From Anolis carolinensis (lineage: Eukaryota), in contig NW_026943818.1 of assembly GCF_035594765.1 (NCBI RefSeq), forward strand, positions 29,966,532-30,030,531: a stretch of 64,000 bases of DNA, given 5' to 3'. Shown here one piece after another: positions 1-12,980 of the stretch (positions within the stretch are counted from its first letter, which is position 1; each line of letters begins with the position of its first letter). Under the pieces are notes generated by a model. That model was not told the origin of the DNA and searched no databases. It saw only the letters and a program-made list of their open reading frames with translations. A program made the position numbers and the translations under genes.

Positions 1-244
1 TTTGTATCACTCTAGAATGAGACCCATATATATATATAAATAATAATATAATAAATTAATATAAATATAATAAATTAATATTAATAATATAATAAATAAT
101 AAATAATAATATAATATATATATATATAAATATGTGTGTGTGAATGTGTCCAAGAGCCCTGCCAATGTCCTCCACAAAATAATAAAATATAATAATAAAA
201 TAATAAAATGTAATATAATATAATATAATAAATATAACAATATA

Positions 245-567
245 CAGTAGAGTCTCACTTATCCAACATAAACGGGCCGGCAGAACGTTGGATAAGCGAA
301 TATGTTGGATAATAAGGAGGGATTAAGGAGAAGCCTATTAAACATCAAATTAGGTTATGATTTTACAAATTAAGCACCAAAACATCATGTTATACAACAA
401 ATTTGACAGAAAAAGTAGTTCAATACGCAGTAATGCTATGTAGTAATTACTGTATTTACAAATTTAGCACCAAAATATCATGATGTATTGAAAACATTGA
501 CTACAAAAATGCGTTGGATAATCCAGAATGTTGGATAAGAGAGTGTTGGATAAGTGAGACTCTACTG
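245..567. mobile_element. Non-autonomous Tc1/mariner (pogo/Tigger-like) MITE
   Basis: TIRs CAGTAGAGTCTCACTTATCCAAC...GTTGGATAAGTGAGACTCTACTG flanked by TA. Related copies at about 11771-12094, 12227-12533, 14696-15116, 44215-44347 and 61987-62348. Confidence 0.85.
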
Positions 568-810
568 TAATAATGAAAAATAATATAATAAAATATATAC
601 AATATAAATAATAAATATAACCGCATAATAACAAAACATAATAATATAATACCGAAATAAAATAATGTCATAACAAAAATTAATAATAAGGTAATTAAAA
701 TTAAGAAAAACAATAAAATATAACATTATAATACAAAATTATAATAAAGTAAACATGCTAATAAAATAAAATAAAATAAAATAAAATAAAGGAGGAAGTT
801 GTGGCAAGGC

Positions 811-824
811 TGCCCCCTGCTGGC
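811..824 (-). promoter_or_regulatory. Candidate CTCF site
   Basis: TGCCCCCTGCTGGC matches the reverse complement of the CTCF core CCAGCAGGGGGCA and lies in non-repetitive sequence. Motif match only. Confidence 0.4.
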
Positions 825-2389
825 AGAACGGAGAAAGCGAACACATTGGCACAGTTCAAACACTCCCGACAGATGTCCATCCAGTCTGTACGCAAAGGAG
901 AGCCCATCAAACTCAAAGGAAGTCTATAGGCCATTAAGGTTGGAGGGTCCCAAAGGGTCACCTAGACTGACCCCAATCTTCAAGGGAACACAATTCAAGC
1001 ACTCAAGGCAGATGGCCAGCTAGGTTGTGCTGAAAGGCCAACAAAGGAGGAGAGCCCATCAAGATCGAAGGGAATCTAGATCATGTATATGCATAGGTNN
1101 NNNNNNNNNNNNNNNNNNNNNNNNNNNNNNNNNNNNNNNNNNNNNNNNNNNNNNNNNNNNNNNNNNNNNNNNNNNNNNNNNNNNNNNNNNNNNNNNNNNN
1201 NNNNNNNNNNNNNNNNNNNNNNNNNNNNNNNNNNNNNNNNNNNNNNNNNNNNNNNNNNNNNNNNNNNNNNNNNNNNNNNNNNNNNAGTCTGTATATGTAT
1301 ACATATGCAAATGTGTGTACATGTATGTATACNNNNNNNNNNNNNNNNNNNNNNNNNNNNNNNNNNNNNNNNNNNNNNNNNNNNNNNNNNNNNNNNNNNN
1401 NNNNNNNNNNNNNNNNNNNNNNNNNNNNNNNNNNNNNNNNNNNNNNNNNNNNNNNNNNNNNNNNNNNNNNNNNNNNNNNNNNNNNNNNNNNNNNNNNNNN
1501 NNNNNNNNNNNNNNNNNNNNNNNNNNNNNNNNNNNNNNNNNNNNNNNNNNNNNNNNNNNNNNNNNNNNNNNNNNNNNNNNNNNNNNNNNNNNNNNNNNNN
1601 NNNNNNNNNNNNNNNNNNNNNNNNNNNNNNNNNNNNNNNNNNNNNNNNNNNNNNNNNNNNNNNNNNNNNNNNNNNNNNNNNNNNNNNNNNNNNNNNNNNN
1701 NNNNNNNNNNNNNNNNNNNNNNNNNNNNNNNNNNNNNNNNNNNNNNNNNNNNNNNNNNNNNNNNNNNNNNNTGCATACGTGTATATGCGTGTATGCATGT
1801 ATGTATATATGTCTGTATATGTATATATATGCATGTNNNNNNNNNNNNNNNNNNNNNNNNNNNNNNNNNNNNNNNNNNNNNNNNNNNNNNNNNNNNNNNN
1901 NNNNNNNNNNNNNNNNNNNNNNNNNNNNNNNNNNNNNNNNNNNNNNNNNNNNNNNNNNNNNNNNNNNNNNNNNNNNNNNNNNNNNNNNNNNNNNNNNNNN
2001 NNNNNNNNNNNNNNNNNNNNNNNNNNNNNNNNNNNNNNNNNNNNNNNNNNNNNNNNNNNNNNNNNNNNNNNNNNNNNNNNNNNNNNNNNNNNNNNNNNNN
2101 NNNNNNNNNNNNNNNNNNNNNNNNNNNNNNNNNNNNNNNNNNNNNNNNNNNNNNNNNNNNNNNNNNNNNNNNNNNNNNNNNNNNNNNNNNNNNNNNNNNN
2201 NNNNNNNTATGTATATATATGTACATGAATGTATATGTATGTACGTATGTATAAGTATATATGTGTGTGTATATATGTATGTATATGTACAGTATACATA
2301 GGTGTGTATATGTATATATTTATATATTCCATTAAAGGGAGGGACCCTCAAAGGCCATCGAGTCCGACCCAAAGGGCACCACTAAACCA

Positions 2390-2590
2390 TTCCCGGAAGA
2401 GGCACATCCAGCCTTCACAGCCAGTGAATGCCGGGAAGGAGGGGGCGTGGCGGATGGAAATGAGGGGGCGTGGCCTTCGCGGGGGAGGAGGCGGCCGCTT
2501 AGGAGGAGCCGGGGGCGTGGCTTCGCTGGTGACGTCACTCTCCCTCCCGCGCATGCGCCCTGGAGTCCGTAGGCCAGGTTCCAGAACGGG
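2390..2590 (+). promoter_or_regulatory. PEX12: PEX12 CpG-island promoter and probable non-coding exon 1
   Basis: GC boxes (GGGGCGTGGC), CRE TGACGTCA 2530-2537, NRF1 GCGCATGCGC 2549-2558 and donor GTGAGT at 2591. A matching acceptor TTACAG ends at 4459, upstream of the ATG. Confidence 0.7.
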
Positions 2591-2864
2591 GTGAGTGGGG
2601 CCGCTCCGGGAGGGCGGGACGAGGCCGGGAGCCGGGCAAACGCGGAGGGAGCGAGCGAGCGAGCGAGCGAGCGGGGAAAGGCCTACCTCGAGTTCCAAGG
2701 CCTGAGGCCTAGTCCGGGGAAGGAGGCGCGGCTAGAGTTGCTGCGTCACCGCGCCGCGCTCGGCTGGGGGCGGGGCTTAGCCGCCTTCACTTTCGTTTTC
2801 CGCTTCCCTCGCTCCTCCCCTTTGGGGGCGGGGCCTACACCTCCCGCTTTCGTTTCCAGCCTTA

Positions 2865-3460
2865 GGGGCGTGGCTTAGACTCCACACGTCATTGCGAGGG
2901 CGTGGCTTGAGTTCTGCCCTTTGGGGCTTTCACTTTCTTTTTCCGGTAGGGGCGTGGCTTGGACTCTTCACTCGTCCCTCCCACTTGGGGGCGTGGCTTG
3001 GGCTTTTCAGCTCCCTTTGGAGGCGAGGCTTAGGCCTTTCATTCGTCCCTCCCATTTGGGGGCGTGGCTTGGGCCTTTCCGCTCCCTTTAGAGGCGTGGC
3101 TTAGGCCTTTCATTCGTCCCTCCCACTTGGGGGCGTGGCTTGGGCCTTTCCGCTCCCTTTAGAGGCGTGGCTTAGGCCTTTCATTCGTCCCTCCCACTTG
3201 GGGGCGTGGCTTGGACCTTTCAGCTCCGTTTAGAGGCGTGGCTTGGACTCTTCACTCGCCCCTCCCACTTGGGGGCGTGGCCTGGACCTTTCCGCTCCCT
3301 TTAGAGGCGTGGCTTAGGCCTTTCATTCATCCCTCCCTCTTGGGGGCGTGGCTTGGGCCTTTCAGCCCCCTATGGAGGCGTGGCTTAGGCTTCCACTTTC
3401 TTTTCCAGCCAGGGGGCGTGGCTTACACCCTCACGTCATTGTGGGGGCGTGGCTTGGGTT
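2865..3460. repeat. About 60-bp GC-rich minisatellite (about 30-bp subunits) rich in GGCGTGGC KLF/SP motifs
   Basis: Repeated GGGGCGTGGCTTGGGCCTTTCCGCTCCCTTTAGAGGCGTGGCTTAGGCCTTTCATTCGTCCCTCCCACTT in the first PEX12 intron. Confidence 0.85.
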
Positions 3461-3790
3461 CAGACCCAAATGAATGAATATGTTTTGACATATGTTTTTA
3501 ATGGGATGTTTTTTATTATGTCACGCAAACATACATTTTTAAAAAAATACTTTTTATTAAGATTTCTTTAATAATACAGTAATAATATAACAGTAATAAA
3601 GAAGGAAAAAAGAGAAAAAGAAAGATTAATATATAGATATGAAAAAAGGGGCTTAAATAGAACAGATGTAAGACTGCAAGTATCTATTTTGCTATGTGTA
3701 TTACCTACACTAAATTGTGTATATTCTGGAAAAAAATTAATTAAAAATTTTGTTGTTATTGTTATAGTTACTTAATTGTAGTATATAGAA

Positions 3791-3840
<50 letters not shown>

Positions 3841-4303
3841 TCTATATATATAAAAGAGTGATGGCATCACGGCGACCCACAAAACAACAAAACTACAGGC
3901 CCCCCAACCTCGAAATTTGACAACACAACCCATCATCCACGCCTCTAGGTTGATACAACAAAAAGAAAAGAAAAATAAAGTCCTAATTAGAGAGAGAGGA
4001 ATAATTGCTTTTATCCAATTGCTGCCAGTTAGAAGGCTAAGCTCCGCCCACTTGGTCTCCTAGCAACCCAATAAAAAATAATAAAAAACACCAAAAAATA
4101 ATAAAAAACACTAAAAAATTAATACAATAAAATACTATAATAACAGAAAATAACTAAAAATAATACAAGAAAATAATAAAATATAATAAATAAAAAGATA
4201 ACTTACAATAAAATACAAATAACATCAAATAAAAATTATACCACAATTTTTAACCAATACCACCACCACTTTGCCACAGCAACACGTGGCCGGGCACAGC
4301 TAG
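3841..4303 (+). mobile_element. Non-autonomous Helitron
   Basis: 5' TC start, 3' GCCAC...GTGGC hairpin followed by CTAG, no TSD. Full or partial copies at 9142-9599 (+), 10464-10929 (-), 21870-22153, 44587-44862, 54279-55031 and 59603-59938. Confidence 0.75.
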
Positions 4304-4579
4304 TATATGTATATAGCGCATAGGCGAAGAAGAAATTGAAATATAAACATAGGTTAAAATTATCAGGATAGAGAATTGATGTTACACAGAAAAATGATTG
4401 GCATGTCATGTCATACATGATGCTGATGATGATTATTGAACTCCTTATGTTTATTACAGCTCAACTTCCTGTTCCACCCGCCCATGGATGGCGTAACTTC
4501 CTGTGGAGGCATAGAGTGGCGCTGGAGGTCCAAGGACATGCCTAGAGAGGCCTCATAGGTTCCTTAAAGGGGCGGCGTC

Positions 4580-7500
4580 ATGGCGGAGCGAGGGGCGCAC
4601 CTCACGGCGGCCTCCGCCCACGAAGACCGGCCCTCCATCTTCGAGGTGGTCGCCCAGGACAGCCTCATGTCCGCCCTCAGGCCGGCGCTCCAGCACGCGG
4701 TCAAGGTGACCACAGCATTACTATTGTATTATCAGCCTTTATTATTATTATTATTATTATTAGACTCACAGAGCTGGGAGGGACCCCTAAAGGCCATCCA
4801 GCCCAGCCCGCTTCTTCCTTTCCAGGCTGGAAGACACAGTCCAATCCCTCTTGGCAGAGGGCCAGCCACTCTTGGCTTCAAAACGTCTTTTATTTATTAT
4901 TTACTATTTATTTATTTACAGTATTTATATTCCGCCCTTCTCACCCCAAAGGGGACTCAGGGCGGATCACATTACACATATAGGCAAACATTCAATGCCT
5001 TTAACATAGAACAAAGACAAGACAAACATAGGCTCCGAGCGGGCCTCGAACTCATGACCTCTTGGTCAGAGTGATTTATTGCAGCTGGCTGGCTGCTCAC
5101 CAGCCTGCGCCACAGCCCGGGCCTACATTTATATCCCACCCTTCTCACCCCCAAAGGGGACTCAGAGGGGCTTACAAATTATATGTACCTCCAATATATT
5201 ATATTATTACCCTAGTACAATATTAGCATTTCATTTACTATACTGTACTGTACCACTATACTGCAATATTAATAGTAATATTACATGTAATATATAAGCA
5301 ATATTATTAATAGTATTATTATTATATATTATATGTATATTGTCTCTTTTGCCAAGGAGGAAGATATTATTATTATTATCCTCATCTCACCCCGAAAGGG
5401 ACTAGGAGGGGCTTACAAATTATATGTACATCCAATATATTATATTATTACCCTAGTACAATATTAGCATTTCATTTACTATATTGTACTGTACCACTAT
5501 ACTGCAATATTAATAGTAATATTACATGTAATATAGAACTAATATTATTAATAGTATTATTATATTATATATATTATATGTATATAGTCTCTTCTGCCAA
5601 GGAGGAAGATATTATTATTATCCTCATCTCACCCCGAAAGGGACTAGGAGGGGCTTACAAATTATATGTACATCCAATATATTATATTATTACCCTAGTA
5701 CAATATTAGCATTTCATTTACTATATTGTACTGTACCACTATACTGCAATATTAATAGTAATATTACATGTAATATATAATTAATATTATCATTAGTATT
5801 CTATTGTATTGCATTATAATATTATCAGTATTATATGTATATTATGTCTTCAGCCAAGGAGGGAGATATTATTATTATGATGATGATTATTATTATTATG
5901 ATTATCATCCCCAGGTGCTGTCGGACTCGAACCCGGGGCGCTGGGGCTGGCTGTGGCGCGGCTTCGACGAGGCCTTTGCGGTGGCGGAGCTCCTCCTGCA
6001 GCACCACTTCCTCTCCCGCCGGGGGGGCTCCTTCTCGGAGAACTTCTACGGCCTGAGGAGGGTGGCCGCGGGCGTGGGGCCCTCCCCGGTGGCCCTGCCG
6101 GCCGGCCTGCGCTGGCGCTCGCTGGGCCTGCTGGTGGGGGCGCCCTACCTGGGGGCCAAGCTGGGGCGGCTGGTGGGGCGGCTGCGGGAGGAGCAGGACT
6201 ACGCCATCCGCCCGCCCTCCTCCCCCCGCGCACGCCTCTGCCGGGCCGCCCTGGCCGCCTACCCCTTTGCCGCCCTGGCCTGGCAGGCCTGGCTCCTGGC
6301 CCAGCAGGTGGGCTACCTCCTGGGAAGGGCCCGGCAACACTCCCCGCTCCTGCGCATGGCCGGCGTGCGCCTCGCCCGCATCACCCCCCAGGACGGCGGC
6401 ACCGCGGGGCACTCCGGCAGGTGAGTCCCAATGGGGAGGCCTGGGTGGCCCACCCGCCTGCTTTCTCCCTTCTCCAGCTCCATCTCCTTTCTCCAGCCCT
6501 GAGGTCCGCTTTCCCCATTCCCCTGCTCCCTTATTCCAGCCCTGAGAAAGCCTACTTTCTCCCCCAGCTATGCGGCCTGCTTTCTCCCTTCTCCAGCTCC
6601 ATCTCCTTTCTCCAGCCCTGAGGTCCGCTTTCTCCATTCCCCTGCTCCCTTATTCCAGCCCTGAGAAAGCCTACTTTCTCCCCCAGCTATGCGGCCTGCT
6701 TTCTCCCTTCTCCAGCTCCATCTCCTTTCTCCAGCCCTGAGGTCCGCTTTCTCCATTCCCCTGCTCCCTTATTCCAGCCCTGAGAAAGCCTACTTTCTCC
6801 CCCAGCTATGCGGCCTGCTTTCTCCCTTCTCCAGCTCCAAAGTCTATTTTCCCCTTACTGGAGCTCTAAGAAAAGGCCTACTTTCTCCCTTCCCCAGCCT
6901 TGAGGTCTATTTTCCCTTCTCCTGCTCCCTTATTCCAGCCCTGAGAAAGCCTACTTTCTCCCCCAGCTATGAGGCCTGCTTTCTCCCTTCTCCCGCTCCA
7001 CGGTCTATTTCCCCCTTACTGGAGCTCTGAGAAAAGGCCTACTTTCTCCCTTCCCCAGCCTTGAGGTCTACTTTCTCCAGCCCCGAGGTCTATTTTCCCT
7101 TCTCCCGCTCCCTTATTCCAGCCCTGAAAGAGCCTACTTTCTCCCTTCCCCAGCCCCAAGGTCTACTTTTCCCCTTACTCCAGCCCTGAGAAGGCCTTCT
7201 CCCCCAGATATGAGGCCTACTTTCTCCCTTCCCCAGCCCCACTTTCCCCCTTACTCCATCCCTGAGAAGGCCTACTTTCTCCAACCTCAGGGTCTCCTTT
7301 CTCCAACCCCGAGAAGGCCTGCTTTCTCCCTTCTCCACCTGAGAAGGCCTACCTCACCCCTCACCCCTCCCCATGTCCCGGTGGCCTCATCCCAGAGGGC
7401 CACTTCACCCCCTGTCTCCTCCTCTTCCTTGCAGCCTGTCCCACTGGCTCTCCACGGGCCTCTCGGTGGGGGTCTTCTTCCTACAGTTCCTGGAGTGGTG

Positions 7501-7804
7501 GCACTCTCCCGAGAACCAGGACTCCCTCCGGGGCTTGACCGCCCTCCCGCCGCCCCCGCCGCCCCTCCACCTGGACCTGGACCGGGGCCCGGACCCCCCT
7601 CCCGCCGCCCTGCCGGCCCTCCGGACACTCTGCCCGCTCTGCCGCAAGGTCCGGGCCAACGAGGCCGCCCTCTCCACCTCCGGCTTCGTCTTCTGCTACC
7701 CCTGCGCCCACGCCTACCTGAAAGCCCACCAGCGCTGCCCCCTCACCGGGTACCCCTCCCACACCCGCCACCTGGTCAAGCTCTACGCCAAGGAGGAGCA
7801 CTGA
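4580..7804 (+). CDS. PEX12: Peroxisome assembly protein 12 (RING peroxin), 3 coding exons, about 333 aa
   Basis: Exons 4580-4705, 5915-6420, 7435-7804 with GT-AG and consistent phases. Diagnostic motifs [48 protein letters not shown] and C-terminal [18 protein letters not shown]. Confidence 0.96.
6445..7340. repeat. 109-bp pyrimidine-rich tandem repeat, degenerating 3'-wards
   Basis: Unit CCTGCTTTCTCCCTTCTCCAGCTCCATCTCC...CCCCAGCTATGCGG repeated through the last PEX12 intron. Confidence 0.85.
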
Positions 7805-7819
7805 GGGACACCCGCCTTG

Positions 7820-8520
7820 GGAAGCCTCCCAAGAGGTATGGGATTCCATAACAACCTTCAAAAGTCTCCCAAGAGTGGTGGACTTCCATAACTTCCTTCT
7901 GAAGTTCTCCCAAGGAGTTATGGGGTTCTATCACTACCTTCAAAGGTCTCCCAAGAGTCATGGCATTCCATAAAGTCCTTTCGAAGTCTCCTAAGACTTA
8001 TGGGGTTCCTTTGGAGGTCTCCCAAGAGTTATTGGATTCCATCACTTCCTTCTCAAGTCTCCCAAGAGTTATGAGATTCCATAAATAACCTTCGAAAATC
8101 TCCCAAGAGTTGTGGACTTCCATAACTTCTTTCAGAAGTTCTCCCAAGAGTTATTGGATTCCACCACTTCCTTCTGAAGTCTCCCAAGGAGTTATGGGGT
8201 TCTATCACTACCTTCAAAGGTCTCCCAAGAGTTGTGGGCTTCCATAACTTCTTTCAGAAGTTCTCCCAAGGAGTTATGGGGTTCCATCACTACCTTCAAA
8301 GGTCTCCCAAGGAGTTATGGGGTCCTATCACTACCTTCAAAGGTCTCAAGATTCATGGCATTCCATAAGATCCCTTAGAGGCTTCCCAAGAGTTATGGGA
8401 TTCCTTTGGAGGCCTCCCAAAGAGCTATGGGGTTCCATCACTTCCTTCTGGAATCTCTCAAAAGTTATGGGATCCCATAATATCCTTAGGAAGTCTCCAA
8501 AGAGTTATGGGAGATGTAGT
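7820..8520. repeat. Degenerate about 40-bp tandem repeat in the PEX12 3' UTR
   Basis: Recurrent TCTCCCAAG(G)AGTTATGGGGTTCCATCACTxCCTTC. Candidate AATAAA at 8763-8768. Confidence 0.75.
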
Positions 8521-9116
8521 CCAAACCATCTTATCTTGATGTCTTGCCTCAATGTGAACTCAGGGATCAGTCAGTCGCTCTCTCTTTTTTTTATAACATT
8601 TTGCCTTCTGCTGAATTACTTTTGCAGAGAACTAAACTTCCAATAATCCACACTGGTTGGGGGATACTGGGAGTTGAGGTTCCTCAAGGGGATCCCCTTG
8701 AAGTTGTAGCAATACGGTTTGCAAATGACGGAAGTACAGACGGGACATTCCTTAATCAAATAAATAAAGTGTATTATTATTATTATTATTAGTCCGAAAT
8801 GAGCCCAAAAGGGGCTGAGAGAGTGCTACCTTTCCCCCCTCCAACCTGTACAAACTTTGTCCCATTAAAAATAACACGAATCAAATGACCTTCAGGGCTT
8901 TGTGTGCATGAATTTCCTGGCTGGAGGACGCTGGGAGTTGTAGTCCACATTCTGGTGCCCTTTATAAAATCAATGGGAATGCGAGACATCCGATTGGGAA
9001 AATTTCCTTGGATTTGAAGGCTGGGATTGAGGTTGTCCATAAGTTACTTTTCCAAGTTACTTTTCCAAAGGTTAGTCTTCAAGGGCCAACCTGCAAAATA
9101 TGGAAAAAGCAGTTTC

Positions 9117-10250
9117 TTTTTTTCCCTGTATTTTTTATCTATCTATATATATAAAAGAGTGATGGCATCACGGCGACCCACAAAACAACAAAACTACAGG
9201 CCCCCCAACCTCGAAATTTGACAACACAACCCATCACCCACGCCTCTAGGTTGATACAACAAAAAGAAAAGAAAAATAAAGCCCTAATTAGAGAGAGAGG
9301 AATAATTGCTTTTATCCAATTGCTGCCAGTTAGAAGGCTAAGCTCCTCCAACTTGGTCTCCTAGCAACCCAATTAAAAAAAAATAAAAAACACTAAAAAA
9401 TTAATACAATAAAATACTATAATAACAGAAAATAACTAAAAATAATACAAGAAAGTAATAAAATATAATAAATAAAAATAAAACTTACAATAAAATTAAT
9501 TTAAAAAAATTCAAATAACGTCAAATAAAAATTACACAACAATTTTTAACCAATACCACCACCACTTTGCCACAGCAACGCGTGGCCGGGCACAGCTAGG
9601 TGGTGTATATAGTAGTTAAGTAACAACGAAAGAGTGAGAACAATGATTTTTGACAGAAAGTGAAAAAGAAAGAAAAAAAGGAGAAGAAGAAGAAGAAAGG
9701 TATAATAAAAATGATAAAAATGACTTCCATCTTCGCCTTTGCGTTTCCCAAACTATATAAACAAAAGAGGGTGATAAAAAAAATAATAATATTGAATCAG
9801 CCTCTTTTTCTATAATAATGTGGACAAACCCTTAAAAAAAGTTGTGCTTTATTATTGGCTTAGTCTTTGGTTCTTTACTTTACAAAAAACTTACGAAGAG
9901 AGAGAGGTACAAAAAGGTTTCATCCTTCTGTTCTTTATCGCTTATCCTTCAACTTCTTTTTCTTTCGAATTTCTTCTACTTTAGTCCAGTCTGTATATCT
10001 TATCGGAGTCCCTGTATTTAATAAAAAAGTTAGTTTATCCCTATCCTTTATCTCTTTCACTTTCTGCAGCCACTCTTCCATACTCGGTGTTTCCTTTTGC
10101 TTCCATTTTTTTAATTCTAGCGGCTGTTGTTAAATATGTAAATAGGATATCATCATTAATATCTAAGTGAATATCCCAGTCCGTTATACCCAATAACTCC
10201 GCTTTGCTAGGGAAATTTATTTTGAGTATTTGTTGACAAATTTTATGGGG
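9117..10250 (-). mobile_element. 5'-truncated L1-like LINE with a nested Helitron
   Basis: TSD AAAAGCAGTTTC at 9105-9116 and 10251-10262, T-rich tail on +. The minus strand encodes ORF2 C-terminal-like remnants (LFTYLTTAARI, WKQKETPSMEEWLQKV, YTDWTKVEE). Confidence 0.75.
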
Positions 10251-10285
10251 AAAAGCAGTTTCAATGGAAAAATCAGGCACTAGAC

Positions 10286-11172
10286 CAGGGGTCCCCAAAC
10301 TAAGGCCCAGGGGCCGGATGCAGCCCTCCGAGGTCATTTACCTGGCCCCCGCCCTCAGTTTTATAATATAATATATTGATAATAATATTATAATGTAATA
10401 CAATATAACACTAATAATAATACCATATAATAATATTAATTATATATTCTTTATTACATATAACTAGCTGTGCCCGGTCACGCGTTGCTGTGGCAAAGTG
10501 GTGGTGGTATTGGTTAAAAATTGTTGTGTAATTTTTATTTGACGTTATTTGTATTTTTAAATTAATTTTATTGTAAGTTATCTTTTTATTTATTATATTT
10601 TATTATTTTCTTGTATAATTTTTAGTTATTTTTTGTTATTATGGTATTTTATTGTATTCATTTTTTAGTGTTTTTTTAGTGTTTTTTATTATTTTTTATT
10701 GGGTTGCTAGGAGACCAAGTTGGAGGAGCTTAGCCTTCTAACTGGCAGCAATTGGATAAAAGCAATTATTCCTCTCCCTCTAATTAGGACTTTATTTTTC
10801 TTTTCTTTTTGTTGTATTAACCTAGAGGCGTGGATGATGGGTTGTGTTGTCAAATTTCGAGGTTGGGGGGCCTGTAGTTTTGTTGTTTTGTGGGTCACCG
10901 TGATGCCATCACTCTTTTATATATATAGATATTACTAATAATATTATAGTATAGTGGTATAGTTCAATAAAGTAATATATAATGCTAATATTGTGCTATG
11001 CTAATAATATAATATATTGTATGTACATATAATTTGTAAGCCACTCTGAGTCCCCTTTGGGGTGAGAAGGGTGTGATACGAATGTAGTAAATAAATGCAG
11101 TAAATAAATAAATAATAAATAAATACATTTTAGACTTAGGCTCGCCCAAAGTCTGAAATGACTTGAAGGCAC

Positions 11173-11206
<34 letters not shown>

Positions 11207-11482
11207 CCACCCTAATTAACTTGACTATCTCATTGGCCAGAAGCAGGACCACACTTCCCATTGAAATCCTGATAAATGTATGTTGGTTAAAATTATTTTT
11301 ATTTTTAAATATTGTATTGTTCTTTCATTGTTCTTGTTGTTGTTGTTTTTGCACTACAAATAAGACATGTGCAGTGTGCATCAGAATTTGTTTGTATTTT
11401 TTTTTTCAAATGATAATCCGGCCCCTCAACAGTCTGAAGGATTGTGGACCGGCCCTCGGCTTAAAAAGTTTGAGGACCCCTG
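10286..11482. mobile_element. Non-autonomous hAT element with a nested Helitron
   Basis: TIRs CAGGGGTCCCCAAACT / AGTTTGAGGACCCCTG and a perfect 8-bp TSD CACTAGAC (10278-10285, 11483-11490). Confidence 0.9.
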
Positions 11483-11554
11483 CACTAGACCTTTGAATTG
11501 GGGGTTGCTTTCAATGGGAGGCTTCATCCAATGCTAGGATTCGCGCCCAGAACC

Positions 11555-11653
11555 GGCTCAGAGAGAAGATTGGATGGGGTCATCTCTTGGTCAAGAGCCC
11601 AAAACCGTGGTTCCGGCCATACCAAGTCAATCTATACTTCACTCATCATTGCC
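11555..11653 (-). ncRNA. SNORD7: Box C/D snoRNA SNORD7 (mgU6-47), guide for U6 snRNA A47 2'-O-methylation
   Basis: Minus strand GGCAATGATGAGTGAAGTA...TTGACCAAGAGATGA...CCAATCTTCTCTCTGAGCC. C box ATGATGA (11649-11643), D box CTGA (11561-11558), terminal GGC/GCC stem. Guide AATCTTCTCT is complementary to U6 AGAGAAGAUU and the +5 rule gives A47. Next to PEX12, as in human. Confidence 0.92.
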
Positions 11654-12649
11654 TTCGAGGCGTCTACACTGTGGATTTAATCTAGTTCAGCCCCATCAGC
11701 ATGATGGAGTGTTGAAGTCCCGCTTTAGCACATTATACTGTTATTATATTTATTATCATCATTATTATTACAATAGAGTCTCACTTATCCAACACTCGCT
11801 TATCCAGCGTTCTGGATTATCCAACGCATTTTTGTAGTCGATGTTTTCAATAAATCGTGATATTTTGGTGCTAAATTTGTAAATACGGTCATTACTCCAT
11901 AGCATTATTTCGTATTGAACTACTTTTTCTGTCAAATTTGTTGTCTAACATGATGTTTCGGTGCTTAATTTGTAAAATCATAACCTAATTTGATGTTTAA
12001 TAGGCTTTTTCCTTAATCCCTCCTTATTATCCAACATATCCGCTTATCCAACGTTCTGCCGGCCAGTTTATGTTGGATAAGTGAGACTCTTCTGTNNNNN
12101 NNNNNNNNNNNNNNNNNNNNNNNNNNNNNNNNNNNNNNNNNNNNNNNNNNNNNNNNNNNNNNNNNNNNNNNNNNNNNNNNNNNNNNNNNNNNNNNNNNNN
12201 NNNNNNNNNNNNNNNNNNNNNNNNNNATCCAACGTAAACGGGCCGTCAGAATGTTGGATAAGCGAATATGTTGGATAATAAGGAGAGATTAAAGAAAAGC
12301 CTATTAAACATCAAATTAGGTTATGATTTTACAAATTAAGCACCAAAACATCATGTTTAACAACAAATATGACAGAAAAAGTAGTTCAATACATAGTAAT
12401 GCTACATAGTAATTACTGTATTTACAAATTTAGCACAAAAATATCACGATATATTGAAAACATTGACTACAAAAATGTGTTGGATAATCCAGAACGTTGG
12501 ATAAGCGAATGTTGGATAAGTGAGACTCTACTGTATATATTTATATATACAATATAATTTACAATAATATATAATAATTATAACATATTGTATATACATA
12601 TAATATTCATCTATAGATATAAAAGAGCTAGTATATATATACTAGCTAG

Positions 12650-12686
<37 letters not shown>

Positions 12687-12940
12687 ACACACATATATAT
12701 GTGTGTGTGTTTATATATATATATTTATATATACAATATAATTTACAATATATAATAATTATAACATATTGTATATACATATAATATTCATAATATTATA
12801 TTGTAATATGATATAATACTAATAATACAATATAATAATATTAATTATATATTATATTTTACATGTAATATTACTAATAATATTACAATATATTGATACA
12901 GTACAACATAGTAATTTATTACCAGTATTGTACTATGCTA

Positions 12941-12980
<40 letters not shown>

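Noticed and set aside
1027-2372. Long ORFs in several frames
   Set aside because: They span N gaps and (TA/TG) low-complexity sequence.
758-2400. Divergent gene (e.g. AP2B1) from the PEX12 promoter
   Set aside because: No recognisable exon in the visible sequence; much of it is gap.
7394-7434. Alternative PEX12 acceptor at 7395
   Set aside because: Phase-compatible but lacks the polypyrimidine tract present before 7434.
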